DNA of 54,120 nt, the filler included, from Sphacelaria rigidula (lineage: Eukaryota), in assembly GCA_964200075.2 (NCBI GenBank). It is 3 parts of 3 records of this genome, joined end to end, with 100 filler letters (N's around TTAATTAATTAA, not from the genome) between each part and the next. Parts side by side here need not be neighbours in the genome. Positions count along the whole stretch, not along the records: positions 36,151 to 54,120 come from CAXNAA020000951.1; 2 more parts are not named here. One strand, 5' to 3'. Position 1 is the first letter of the stretch, and every line of letters begins with the position of its first letter. Below, in pieces: positions 37,705 to 51,200 of the stretch. The notes under the pieces were generated by a model. The model did not search any database. It saw only the letters and a list, made by a program, of their open reading frames with translations, and was not told the origin of the DNA. The translations under genes were made by a program, and so were the position numbers.

Positions 37705-40700
37705 CGGCGGCTTCTCTATATTCGCTCACGGCAACGGCCACGAAGCAGCAGACTGTGAGCACGACCAGAGCCACCGTCTCCAATCGGAAACCGAACCATC
37801 TCGACGTGAATATGTACGCAAAGTACGCTCGAGTGTTGTCGTCCACCTTCCGGAGGAAGGCCGTCAGGAACTCCTCTGAAGAATGATGCCCGGTGAAAGG
37901 GATTGACCCGGGGCGTGTGCAAACATAAAAGGGCAGTGACAAGGTGAATACGAGTGATGGGTGAACTCGTTTTTAATGCGATATTACACCCTTGAGTCCT
38001 TCCGAGGAAGGAGGGAGAGCGTGCTCGAACATTTGAATCGCAATTATACCCTTTGATCGCCCACGTCTGTCCACCTCAAGGGTTAAATCCCCTGCTGTTG
38101 TGGCGACCCTTGCGACCTCCTGGAACTCCCTCCCCTTTCCCCCACCGATGTCCCTCATCGATGTGCGCAACATTCATACAAGTACAAGGCACCCACTTTG
38201 GACCCCAAAGGCACGAATGGTGACCAGGCCGTCCAGCGTCTCTGACAGCTGCGAGTACACCGGACTTCTCGCCACTGCCTCCAGGCGCTGTTTGGTCGAC
38301 AGTGCAACCATAAGGTGAAAGAAAATGTAGCAAACGTCGGACAGCTCATGAGCTACAGTACCTGGATATTACTTGTTATTAGGGTACTAGTCCGAATCAT
38401 GAGCTAGCTCATTTGGCCACTATTTCGGTGCCAGCTTCCGACAGCGATGGACGTCGAACACGTCGTGTAGCGGGAAGGGAACGCTTTGGCGTCTCGGACA
38501 CTGCTGTCACGTGTTTCGTGTATTTATACAACGGATCTGAGACTTCTCTTCGGTTAGTTACATCAGGTATAATAGCTCATGACCTGTCCGATATGTGAAA
38601 TGTAGCAAATAGTCACGAATGTGCAGCGGTGAACAACACGCCGTCATCAAGGGGCAAAGGAGTCCACTTGTTTGCGCGGGGAGACGCCAGAACGCCATAC
38701 TTGTTTAGTTATGCTGTACAGAGTACGGCTCGGTCGCAGAGATATGCCAATGTCACGCAGTTTTCTGATTGGCTGTAAAACAACAATCCTGAAATCTCAT
38801 TGATCAAAGTTCCTCGGTGGACGTCTGACGTCAAACGTGGTCCCTAGAAGCAACGAGGCGTTTGGATATGGATGAAGTCACGCAGCACATTTTGTCATCA
38901 CGGTCAGTTGTTTTCTTGGAGGGTATGGGGGCGGGAACATTACGCGTCGAATACCTCACGGAAAACCGCAGCCTGCAACACTTTCAAATCACTGAAATAG
39001 TGCCGATCATTCCCGTTTACAGAACGCTTCGCCGCGGCAACGTTGGCTGACTTGGTGAAAACGTCGATCCACTTCTACAACGGTCAGACGAAAAGTATAT
39101 TTTATGCCGCGGAGGCTCTTGACCCCATCGTGTGCAGAGGCCCTCCTCTCACACTAGTGATACCCCGAGCGACAGTTCCTCTGACGACCTCTGAAGCGCC
39201 AAGCTCTTACCTTTCCTTTTAAATTACCGCGTATACTGGGAAATATTCAGCAGTCCTAATGCGTTTTAGTAATCGCTTCCCTGGTGCAAAACACAAGGCA
39301 CATGCCAAATTCCAAGTAGTCCGAGCATGGGCATGTCGTGATCGACTCCATGATATCGATGAGCCCCCTCGGTGGCAGTACTGGGTGATCCCTACTGTTT
39401 TTACGAACTATGATATTTAATCTATCTCATTTTCGTCAGAACTAGTGCAAGTTGTGAGATCTTTGGTAGAGTGCTGAGCACGACGTTACCCGTTTTCATG
39501 AGGTAATACGAAAAGCTGCAGGGGAGGGATCGTTGCTGGTGCGGTTGTCAAGCAAAATCGATTCGGCAAGTGGGAGCGCGGAATTTCCATCCATGATGCA
39601 GTGCCCTCATTGTGTGAACCGTTCGGCGAAGTGCAAGCGAGCATATACCCGTCGCTGCCGTGACATGAGATTTACCGGTTGAATCCTCAACGCCTAAGGT
39701 AAACAACTGTGGAGGAACGTGACCGTCGTTACCGGCAAAATAATCTCCATGGCCACCGTTTTCCCGGAAAAAACATGAGCCATATGATTGTGCAACCGCT
39801 GAGAGTACCACCACTATCTAAACGGAGTAGCCTGCCTCCGTGTGACGGTGGGGGCTTGTGGCCTCGCACAAAACCTTGTTTTCCCCGGCGAGTAGACGAC
39901 GCAAAGCCGATGACTCGAAGTAAACGTGCTTCTTGTGGCTGCAAATGGTTGTAGCCTCTCTTCGGATAGCAACATTCAGGAACATTTCGCGCCAAGAACC
40001 CCGGGATAGAGCGGACCCTCTGGACGAGACAGGGTCCTAAAAACCGTCGCATTTTGTGATAGTCAGACTGGGAAACAGAGGAATATGGCTACTGCACCTG
40101 TATGTCAGGAATATCAGGTTGGTGAGTGTACAACTGCCGGCCAAGCGCGCTCGTTTTTTTGTGCACTTTTCACCCTTCGCACGGAAGATTCTCTCGATCG
40201 CGAAACCCATTGTAGAATATCCGTCATTTCTACTCCCAAAATACTGGAATCGCCAGGCATTGGGGAAACAAACTGTTCGTTAAATGGAAAAACTTCCCAT
40301 GTCGGTTGTGCTTGGGCGACACGAAGGAAGCAAGGGTTACGCGCGCGCGGGGGGGGGGGGGTGTTATCATCCGCGTATTGGTCCAGAACACGGACCTTTG
40401 GGTACAGACTTAAACTACGACACCTGGGCACGGCCGGTTGTTCACCAGAACGATTGAAATTGGTTCGACCAAGCGAGAGTATCAAAGTGAGACAAAACCT
40501 GAATGCACAATTATAAAGCCCCCGACAATCGATCGGCACGTGAGACGTTCCAAATTCATCATAGAGTTAATTTTCCTTCTGAATTTTCTTCCGGGTATTA
40601 CTAAAAAATCGCTCCGTCTCCGAACGTTGGAAGTAAAACATTTCATCATTGGCGATTCTCGGTCAGTGGAAAACCTGAGAAACCGCTTCCAACCGAACAT

Positions 40701-43700
40701 CGTTCGTTTGAATAGATACTAGTGTAGGCTTGGTGCTGTGATGCCCATGGCCGTGCTTCCTCTGTGCATTTTCTTTTCTGAAAGTGTCGATACAACGCGT
40801 GGTCCAACTCCGAAGCTAGTTAAACCTAGTGCTTGTATACACGCTGAAGAAGCGATGATCAGAATGACGAAAAAACGACGAAAAACCCGATCGGACATGG
40901 TTCATTTGTTTCGTCGTACCACCTTGAGAAGCGCGGCGAATGTTCGATGCTGTCGCTTGTCTGGGAATGAAAAATTGGTGACCCCTTTGCAAATGGCTAC
41001 GATGTTCATGCGGTGCGGGTGTGCGAGCATGTGAAAACATTTCCAAGCTGGGTATGTGTGGGAACCACCGCCTAGAAGGGACGAATTCCCACAGGTGTCT
41101 GTCAAGAAACCACCTTTTCACACTGGCGACACCATGAGACAGCTCGTACGCTTGATGAGCAGAAGGTCTCGGGTTCAAATCCCGAGTCCCACCATAATGC
41201 TGGGTGCAAAAAACAAATGGCGGATACCCTCTGAAGCAGAGTTCAACAACTCACGGAAAATCTCCTGCGGCGAGTGTTGGTTGGGAGACCCAACATACGT
41301 AAAAGATACGGGAAGTAAAAGGCAAGAATTCAACCCTCTAGCCGGCGTAGAAGGTCCTTCCTACAAAACCTCGAAGACGTTCATGAAAGGGGGATATTAT
41401 GTTGTGTACCATCACATAAAAGGGAAATATTCCCACGAGCGTCCTTCAAGGGATCACCTTTGCACATGTGGGGATGAATAGGCATACCTTGACTTCCCGC
41501 GACGTCTTGGTGTAAAAGTTTAGGAGGTGCATGAAGTACACAGCCGCCGGGACCAGACTGCGCAATAAACACAACGGTGACCGACAAATGGTCAGCACGC
41601 AAGGTCGCGGGAACGAAAGTAAACGGGGACGGGGGTAATTCGTGAGATACGGCGAGTAAAATACGGAACAACGAATCGTCAGTCGTGCGCTGTCGTCTAG
41701 GCTGGGACGTGCACACAGCGCCCCCCTCCCTCCCGACGAAACATTCTCCCTCTGTAAAGGGGATGCGTGGTAACTGGTCAAGCGACTAAGGCAAGCAACT
41801 AATGAGCACGCCCTCGAACGACGTCTTAGAGGGGGAAATGCGGGAGATGAACGAAGGTGGCATGAAACCGTTTGATGCATTAGACAGTAGGGAAAAAAGG
41901 ATGACTATACGAGGAGGTAAATGGTTGCTACAGACGGCGAAACAGGATGGAGATAAGATGTGTCAAAGCTTTTTGTGTGATGTATGGAATAAACGTAATG
42001 AGCACCGAAACGTCGTGAGATGTCTCTGTGAGGAGTAGGAAGGGTGCTCCGTCCCGAAAGGGGTGCGTGGTCGATGGTCAAACGACCAAGACAAATAACA
42101 AATGCCCCCCCCCCACCCACCCGGTTAGCATTTCACAGTAACACCCCCTATTTTCTTTCTCTCTTAATTATTCTCTACTTCTCCTGATTTCTCCGTTTGT
42201 TCTCCCCTGATTTCTTCATTTTTTCCTTTTCTCGGATTCCCTCCGGCAAGGGTTTTTATTATTTACCTTGGGTGTGTCCACTTTTGTGATCATGGCTAGA
42301 TCCTTGCTCAGGATCAGTTAACGTGCGATAACGAATCAGTGAACCCACGAAAACTGAAGGGAAGACCGAAAGTAATCTCCAAGATCAGACGTTCACGATC
42401 AATGTTTAGCGGTGTTGAACATGTAGCGTAGTACCAATCTCCAATAGCCTAGGAGCAGTTTGGTACCAAGTACCACATCCTTCGTTCCAGTAGTTCACAA
42501 TGCTTTGTGAAGCGCTTACCTGGGTGACATCCAGGGATTGACAGCGAGTACTAATGTTACACTGCCGAGCACCATGAAGAAGCTCATGAGGAAGTCGAAC
42601 AGCGTCATAGGAAGCATGTCGTCCATGAAGTGCGTGTCCTTGGTGAAGCGGTTGAGGATACGGCCCACCGGGTTCGAGTCGAAAAATAAGATGGGGGAAC
42701 GGACAACACGAGCAAGCATGCGGTCGTGCGTCCGGTGGGAGGCCTGGAAGGTGATAGGAAAAGGTACAGGGGAGATGCAGAGACAGGGTGCTGTACCCGT
42801 GAGACGTCGTGGTCGGTATTATACAGCTGATCATGTATCCTTGGTGATTTTGCCGGTCGGTTTCATATCATGGACAAACAAAGTGAAGGCACAGACTAAG
42901 CGTTGAGAGCGGATACTATCATGTTCAGGAAATACAAGAGTTCACGGGTCAGATGAAGTTATGATTCGTCTGGAAATCGTTTGATTTCAGTGTGATTGAT
43001 TCGTACCGTACGAATCAATCCTTGGGCTTTGTTTTCAGCGTTGCATCCCAGGTACGCGGAGCCCAGGCGCGCGGAATGGCGCAAAAGTTGCGCGGGGATC
43101 TTTTTGACCATCGGTCAACTTTTTTCTCTCTTTCGAGCAACCAGGCCTGAAACCTCGTGAACTTGGTGATTCGAAGCGGCGATGATTAGTCCGGACCGTG
43201 CAAAATTTCGTGAGGGAAGTGCTTCCAAAACGACTCGAGTCATTTAGATGTCATGGAATCGAGCGCGAAGCCAGTCTTCAACCGAGAGGCTCCATGTGCA
43301 CAAGGCGAGACGTTCTCGGCATTGCGTTGTGTGTGTGTCTTGTCGTTCCATCTATTCTGGACGCCGGTCTATACCTTTGGGTATATGTGGGCGCACCAGC
43401 CAGGGTCATAAAGGAGAAAGGCCAACACAGGAGTTCTTTCTCTTTTCTTTCATTTCTCCACGTTCCTCCTGCGGTGCTCGCCTTTATTTTTCATCGCGAA
43501 AAGGGTTCAGCAGTCTCCCATTCCCTCGTCGACCACTAAGTCACTTTTGTGTACCCACGATATAGTCGTTCTCCACTGATGGGCACTGCGTGAAAAAATA
43601 TCCCAGATTGCTCCGAGATTCGAACCCACGACCCGACCGTCAGAGGACTTCAAGGTTACCAGCTGAGCCACCGGGGCGATCGGCTGTACCACTACGTTCA

Positions 43701-45200
43701 ATATATCGCATGAAACTACGAGGTACCTCTCATTTTCGGTTGAGCCCTTCATGCAGGTGCCACCACGGTGTGACATGTCGCTAAGGAAAGAAGAGACAAA
43801 GTCATTGTCCACTACTTACCCTGACCAGGGCGAAGAAGGAGAGGGCCGCGCGAAAAACCGAAACGACAACGGTACCCAGCGTGAGGATGATCAGCGTGCC
43901 GACGTAGACCTTGCGTTTCTGCTCCTCTCCGCTCTTCTGGGACCACCGAGCGATCCACACCGTAACGGCCATCATCATCGCCTGTGGTGGAGAAAATATA
44001 CGAACACACACATTGTACGATTCCTGATCCAAGAAGATATTCAGTGAGGATGATTCCGTCCGCGTTTCAACAAGCGGCTTCCCGGTGCTCAGAATGTATG
44101 TCGATGTTTCCAATCGTGGAAATGTCCTAGCGAGCACCGAGCAACTCACAAACTTGACATCATCTGCCGTTGCGGACGAAAAACACACAGCCTTGTTGAT
44201 CTCTCAGCCCTACAAGATTCAATCTAACAACGATACCAGCATCCAAAGATCGATTATCTCACGTGCTCTACAAGAGTGAACCCTGTTCAACACAATCCGC
44301 ACTGTAGCTTGTCCGGGTTGTTCATAGCAAACGGTCGGAGCGAACAAGCCCCGCGACAAGCTGGCAGTCTGAAAAATAAAAGGTCATCATGTCACCTGCC
44401 CCAGGGCCATTGCAACGAGGATGAGAATGATCTGCCATACGCCCGCCATCTCCTTCACGAACTCGACGTACGTACGGCGCTTCAGAACACCCGTCTAGCG
44501 AACGATTATCAAGTAGCAAGAGCGGGAGAGGCAGTAGTTTCAGTAAAGGGGCTAACGAAGCGGTAATGTGAGGGTGGAAAGAGGCAGTACCCTGGAGGTG
44601 CAAGGCAAACCTAGGATGGGGTTGCTAGAGCTTGAAGGCGCACACGCCAGCTTCCCCGCCAAGAGTAACCATCGCAATCGGCGCGGCTCTTTGCCGGTGT
44701 ACACGCGAAAACCACACAGAACCCAACGAATACCTGTGACAAAAATCGATGAATATCTTGCAGGAGATATATTAGAACGCCCAGCCCCCAGTCGGACGAC
44801 GTTTTATGGAGCAAGACCATACACAAAAGAGTATCGTGCGAGCCCTTTTGAACGCCACAGTTTGCTTTGGCACCTCTTTGTTCTCTTCCGCTACAAGTTC
44901 CGCAGGAAGTGGCCTACTCTTCGAATCATCTTCCATGGGCATTCGTGCGCCGTTTCCACTCCGTCCCTCTCCTGTGGTGTCCCCGCTTCTGTCTCTACTC
45001 CTCCTTCGCAGGCGAGCCATGTTCTCCAAACTTCCCATATCTAGAGGCGGGGGGCGAGGGGAAGGGGGGGGGGGGGGGGGGTACGTGACTGGTTTTGGCG
45101 TGCAGTTGAAATCGGTAGGGGTGGGGGTTGCAGCTAATATAGATGCTTNNNNNNNNNNCCGCCCCCGTCGCTGGGGCCGGCGGCGGCGGCCGCGGGGCGT

Positions 45201-45248
<48 letters not shown>

Positions 45249-48200
45249 ACGTGATTGGTATGGGCGCGCCATTGAAATCGGTACGGCTGGTGGTTGCAAC
45301 ATATATCAAGGCCTCGCGTCCGGCGGAGCCTTTTATTGAGATTGAAAATGCTATGTTTCAGGGTCAACAACTGACAAGCAGCTTTTCCCGATGCCTCACA
45401 CGACACGTTCAGTCTGTGCAGCGGGATCAAACAGACCGGAACACGCTGACAGAATACGGGATGAAGACAACATAGTTCCGAAAGATCAGCTACAAGCATC
45501 CTGAGATGCGTTTTGAACACAATACCCGAAATGCTGTCCGATTGCCATTTTGTTCCAGAGAGTATTCGAAACAAAATACTATTTTGACCGCGACCAAGCC
45601 CCGACAAAGAGCATGCATGTATTGACAAAAAGACGACAAACAAAATGAGAAAAAAACTCGAGTATTGTGAAAAACGTTTCCGTGGATCGTAGTGCCTTCG
45701 GCTGCCTTACCTAGTTCGATCGCGTCATTCAAAGCCGATGCATCCGATTCTTCGCCGTCATCGGATACTTTGGAATCTGACTCAAAATCAGAATTGAGCG
45801 GACCACGCCCAAGCTCCAAGCCGGAGAGAGCGTCGCTAGCCTCCAGCTCTTTATAGCTGTTGAAATCAACAAAATGACAGAGCATAAGTATTCACTAAAT
45901 CGCTCATATCTTCGATGAATACATCACGGCGTCGAAGTCGTTTGTGAGTATCGTCAAATTTCCACCGCAGTTGTCCAGAGTTCGTTTTAGAGGGCTGTGC
46001 ATTAGGAACAGCACACATTTCTCAACGTCAACATATCTGACACGCATTCACAATGACCGCCGCGGCACCACTTCACCAAATATATTGCTACGCCTACGAC
46101 AAGTCATCAACCGTCGATTATGTACATACCGTAAATCGTTCTATAATAGTCGGGGCGCCTCAATTGTCACCGTCTAGCATCAAGGGCGGTCAGCAGGGGC
46201 TTGCTGAAGCAACGCAACCCTTGGCGGGGGCCCAGCAGCATGCACGACACCCCCAGCAGCCTTCTCACAACCCATAGTTAGGCTGTGTACCTCAGTAAGC
46301 GGCACCAAGCAGAACGCGATGTTTATATCACTCTCTTGTTGCCCAAAGTCTCTTGAGAAACGTCAACGTTGTGCGCACGGAAAGCTGCCTCTGGGCGGCC
46401 AGCAACGAGGTCGATCGGCAAGGCAGATAAAGCCAAATGCGTATTTGCATCCGGATACCTCCGGCAGGCTCCCGTCACCAGCCAGGGCGAATCGTCCTGG
46501 TTCGGGCTGTACCCTTGCGTGGCGGCTGCGCCGCCACAGCATCAACGCATCACAAGACGTCGCCAATATAATGCTGACGCATCGGTGTATTGGTGAAGCA
46601 ATCTGCAACGTATGTTGCATCGGCAAGACGGACTATCATAACCCCAACGACGTTTTTGTTCTTTTTTGCATCACAGGCCAGTGCGCTAGCTCGCCGACTC
46701 GCCGACGGAGGGATCTTGAAAAAACGCTAGACGTCACGCTCATGACCCAAATGACGTCATCAAGTGCAGAACAGGTATGGTCTGAAGCAGGGCCCATTTC
46801 GGTTCTCTGTGGATCCGGTGCCTGGCGACAAGTGTAAGATATTTCTCGTCTGTTTCCAGCTTGCGGCCGTCAGTGTAACCGGTGAATACAAGTAGTGGTC
46901 AGGGACTTCGACAGCGCTCAAGTCGAAAGTGAAGACGGAAAGCATGACTCATTGCAAGAAATATCGGCTGCAGAATCGCCGCTGGGTTGCTACAGTCACC
47001 GTCCCAAGCACTCCATGGTGCAGAGGGCGGAAGGGTTGCACGATTGTCGCGGAACACCGCCGTGAACGCTGTCCGCGGTACCGGAGTGGAAGGACAGTAG
47101 GGGCGCGGACAAGATGAGTTGCTTACCGCCCACGCGCAACGATTTTTCCGTCTTGCATGACGATCATCATATCCAGAGCCGCATCTCGAAGGTAATGTAC
47201 CTGTCAATTTTGTTGGGTTGTGTGAGAAGTAAGAGGGAAAGGAAGGAGCATCCCGCCCGCTTCCAATTGAGGTATCCAGTATGCACTTCGTAACAGCACG
47301 ATTTCGACTGTACACATAACATCAAATAGATGCATTGCTACTCATGGACAATGAGTTCCGCGGCCACACTGCCATCTTCTACGCTCTCCGAGAACGCACA
47401 CGCAACCTGAAAGCATTGCCGTTTTCACCATTCCCTACTCACGCGATGCAATACCTGATGGGTGACCAGAAGCCTAGTGCTGCCCGAGAGCCGGCCGCAC
47501 ACAACCCTGGAGAACAGCTCGCGCCCGACAGCGGGGTCTACAGCCGATAGTGGGTCGTCCATGATATACACGTCCGCCCTAGTGTAAGCCATGCGCGCCA
47601 AACCTAACCTAGCTTTTTGACCTCCAGAAAGGTTTACCCCACGATCTCCGATGCCAGTCATGTCGCCGGCGGGAAGCACAGATAAATCGTGCTCCAGAGA
47701 GCAATCTCGCACAACCGCATCGTAACTGTCATGTGGGATGGCATCGGCCGGAACACGGTCATGATCCGGATTGAGTCAGGTTTTAGTCTGATGTTGGCGG
47801 TAGATGAGGATGAGCTTCGAGGCTGCTACCGTTCATGTTTTACGGATGGAGTAGTGACCAACGTAAAGGTATCATGAGGTGGTTGAGATTATCGCGAGGG
47901 AAGAAGAAGGAGCAACGAACGTTGCATTTACAGTGGTGGCATGTCCATTTTGCAAAAGTCTGCGGCGCCAAAATATTGACTCTGCTCCCGAGATTGACCC
48001 CACGGGTTATAGATAAAACCAGTATTTGTCGGTAGGACCTGGCCAAGGTGTGATATCGTGGGCATGGTCGTTCATAGGTGCGATTCTTGTGGACCCGACA
48101 ACCCTCGCACAAGTCGCTTGCTGTGGGATCGATGCCTTACGAAGGGACTCTTGCGAACCACACCGAGAAACGCTCGTTTTATTGTAGCTCATGTGACCTC

Positions 48201-51200
48201 CGACTGTAAGTTGCGGAGTTCATCAGGCCATACCCTACCAATAGTAAAACTGCATGTGCCGGCGCCAACGTGCAACACTTTATTCGACCGAATACCATTA
48301 CCGCACGGATCCACGGACGTGACAGTGCCCAGTGAGTAAACAACCCAGGATCAATGTTCTTGTGTATTTTCGCAGAACTTGTTTCCAAACTTCAAGTCCA
48401 ACACCAAATTCGGGATCGACAGATACTAGCGAGTCACGCAACTCCGGGAATAATACCGTGCACACCATCAAATTTGAACGAGTTACGGGAATGCCGGCCG
48501 TCACGGTGTCGCCTCCTCGAAATGCTCAATCGATCGAGTCCATTCCGATTTAGATAAAGACCAACTTCATAAACATATAAAAAACGCTTCTTCAATTTCG
48601 TGTGAATCGTCGCGCAACAGCCGAGAATGTGCAGTTTTGAACGGGATACGGTGAATAGCACACCTCTTGTCGCCACTCGTAACAAGAAACAAACTTTCGC
48701 GGATGTAGCGCTATGGATTGCTTCAAATTTGGAAACGTTTTCGTACTACTGACCGACTCGAGTCGGAATGAACTCGATCAATCGAAAATCTCGAAGAATC
48801 GAACCCCGGAGAAGGAATTAAGCAGGACCCCCGAAAACCGGCGAGCTGTAGTTCCCTCGAAAGTCGACATGGGAACATCATCCCTTTCGAAACGTACACG
48901 GTATACTAATAACATCTGTCGGTTCTCAGCAATCTGCGATCAAAGGTCGACCTTTAGAAGCCACGGGCTCAAATAATCAAAGACGACGGTCTTCGAGTCT
49001 CCAGCTTTGTGCGTACGGTGTGTCTCACTTACCGCCTGCGGTCCATGGGCTTGCCGAACAAAATATTATCTCGCACCGTGCCGGATTGGATCCAAGGCTC
49101 TTGCGGTGCATAAGCCACCCTCCCGCCGACAGACACCCCTATATTCCCCGCATCCATGGTGCCATCTTTGTGGTTCATTCTGACTTTTTTCCCTCCACCG
49201 TCCTTTACCGGGACGATTTCCCTGAGCACGGCCATGAGGAGTGAGCTCTTGGCGGAGCCCACAGGGCCGACAATGCCCACGAGCTGCCCAGGCTCCACCG
49301 TCAGGTCAATACTCTTCAAGGTGAAGTCTGCTGATGGGATAAGGGCAAAGTCGTGGCCATGTGCGCGGCAGGTGGAAAGCTGGAGAGTCATCCTACGATA
49401 GGGGAGGGGGGGGGATATTTTGTGCCACGTCTTGCACGAAATTCCAAGTCAAATCGTCGTTGAAGGCAGCAACGATTGCTCGAACAAGCTTCTTGTAAAT
49501 AAATAACGCTCATTAATACCAATTTACACCGTTTTCAGCCAAACACATGCGCACCGCGAGTGTGGCAGGTCATCTGAGACACATATGAGCCTCTTCTTCC
49601 GTTCAACCAAACACCCCCCCCCCCCCTTATCGTAGGATGACTCTGAAGTGCGTGTTCCGTTGATGGGTGCTTCGTGTGAATGGGAACGAATAATTTTACG
49701 CTGTGTATGTTTTCGCTCAACTAGCTGTTCTGATGGTGCAAACATGCTTTTCGCGTTGGTGTAGATGCCCTATTTACCCTGTATGGTGAAGTCAGCCACC
49801 GACGTGGTGATGAAAACTAGTTTTTCGCTAACTACTGTGAAGATCAGAACACATATTGCAATCGGCGTGGTGACAGAAACGACAAGGAGCAGCTGCGCGG
49901 GCGCACCTTCACACCACGCTTGAAACATTGTCGGACTCGCTATCATTTCGCTGCGCTCCACGGTACGTGCCCCCATCTCACCTGCTTCATGCGGCCGATC
50001 TTCACCGGTTACTGCCGCAGGTACATGCACCGACGCCCTTCCGAAATCCATGCCGCCACTCCGCCCCTCCGAAGCACTCGCAGACTCGTCGCTGTTCCTA
50101 TCCACTTGTTCGTGGGTTCCATCGGTGTTGGCGCCATGGTAAGTAGTGGCCTTGGTGCCTATACTGCGCTCGGGCACGGCGAGCTTTTTGACCACTCGCT
50201 CGGACTCAGCGACTTGATCTTCGCCATCGTCGCCCCACCGGAAACTCGACGTTTGTACGGAGATCGCACCTGCCCTACCGCTTCCACCGCTGCCGTTTGC
50301 AGCACTGTCGACGCTTGCCGTGCGACGTATTGCGGATGAATCATTACAGTCCGCGCTTGGGGCGGCGGCAGGTGCCTCCATTTTGGATCCTACGGGATCG
50401 TCCGCTGCCGTTACCGTAGTGGCACTATCGTCAACACCTTTTTTGCGGCTTTCGGGATTGGAAGTCTCGGCGCGGGAAGCTCCGACGGAAGCATCGAACT
50501 CGAGTAGGTGTCCGACGAGGAACTCGTTTTCCTAGCAATTGGCCGAGGGGAGCAAATGCAAAGACATCCTGACTCCCGGTGCGACACTCGAGCGTCTCGA
50601 GGCCTGCGTCATGCACGGACTAAAGCATGCTCAAGAGTATTACGCAACCACACCTCATTTGAGGTTAATGTATGCGAGGTAAGACGATGTTCGACTTCCG
50701 ACGTGGAGTACCTTCATAAGCAGTAGCGTTTCCAGACGTTTGATGGACACCCAGCTCTCGCTCGAATTCTGAATGGCCATGTAGAAGAACTTGCCCATAG
50801 TAAACTGTGTGATGTTCAACAACCCAAGGGTTGTGAAGACCTGTCATAGGGACGGTAAAGAGCGCAAAACGTGAACGGACAAGGACCTCCTCCCAACATG
50901 CTGAGCGTGCTCAGTATTTTGACTATCATCGCAGATTCGTCGCTTGATGCCACAGCACGGATACCACTCCCCGCTGGAAAGAACGAGATGAGCGACCAAA
51001 TCTCACCACAAGCAGAAGCAAACGGTGACGCCGAGCAGACGAAGAAAAGACAGCCCCCCGACCCTGCGGCACTCCGGCATCTGAGACATAATTGACTGCC
51101 GGGCTCGACCGCTTAGAGCGTGGTGCAGCAACGAAGGAAATGTACTGCGGTCGCAACTTTCGCGTGTGTACAGATCTTCCTCGTTTCATACCTCGCTAGG

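Noticed and set aside
43610..43680. Functional tRNA gene
   Set aside because: A and B boxes are present but there is no acceptor stem or anticodon arm; it continues into a body shared with 17020-17331, so it is a SINE head.
44772..45643. Poly-Pro/poly-Gly ORFs
   Set aside because: They derive from intronic G homopolymers beside an N-gap; the G46 run may partly be a sequencing artefact.
46319..48700. Intronic ORFs of 60-170 aa (some Cys/His-rich) as TE or viral genes
   Set aside because: No RT, integrase, transposase or phaeovirus motif recognised; lengths are compatible with chance at ~50% GC.
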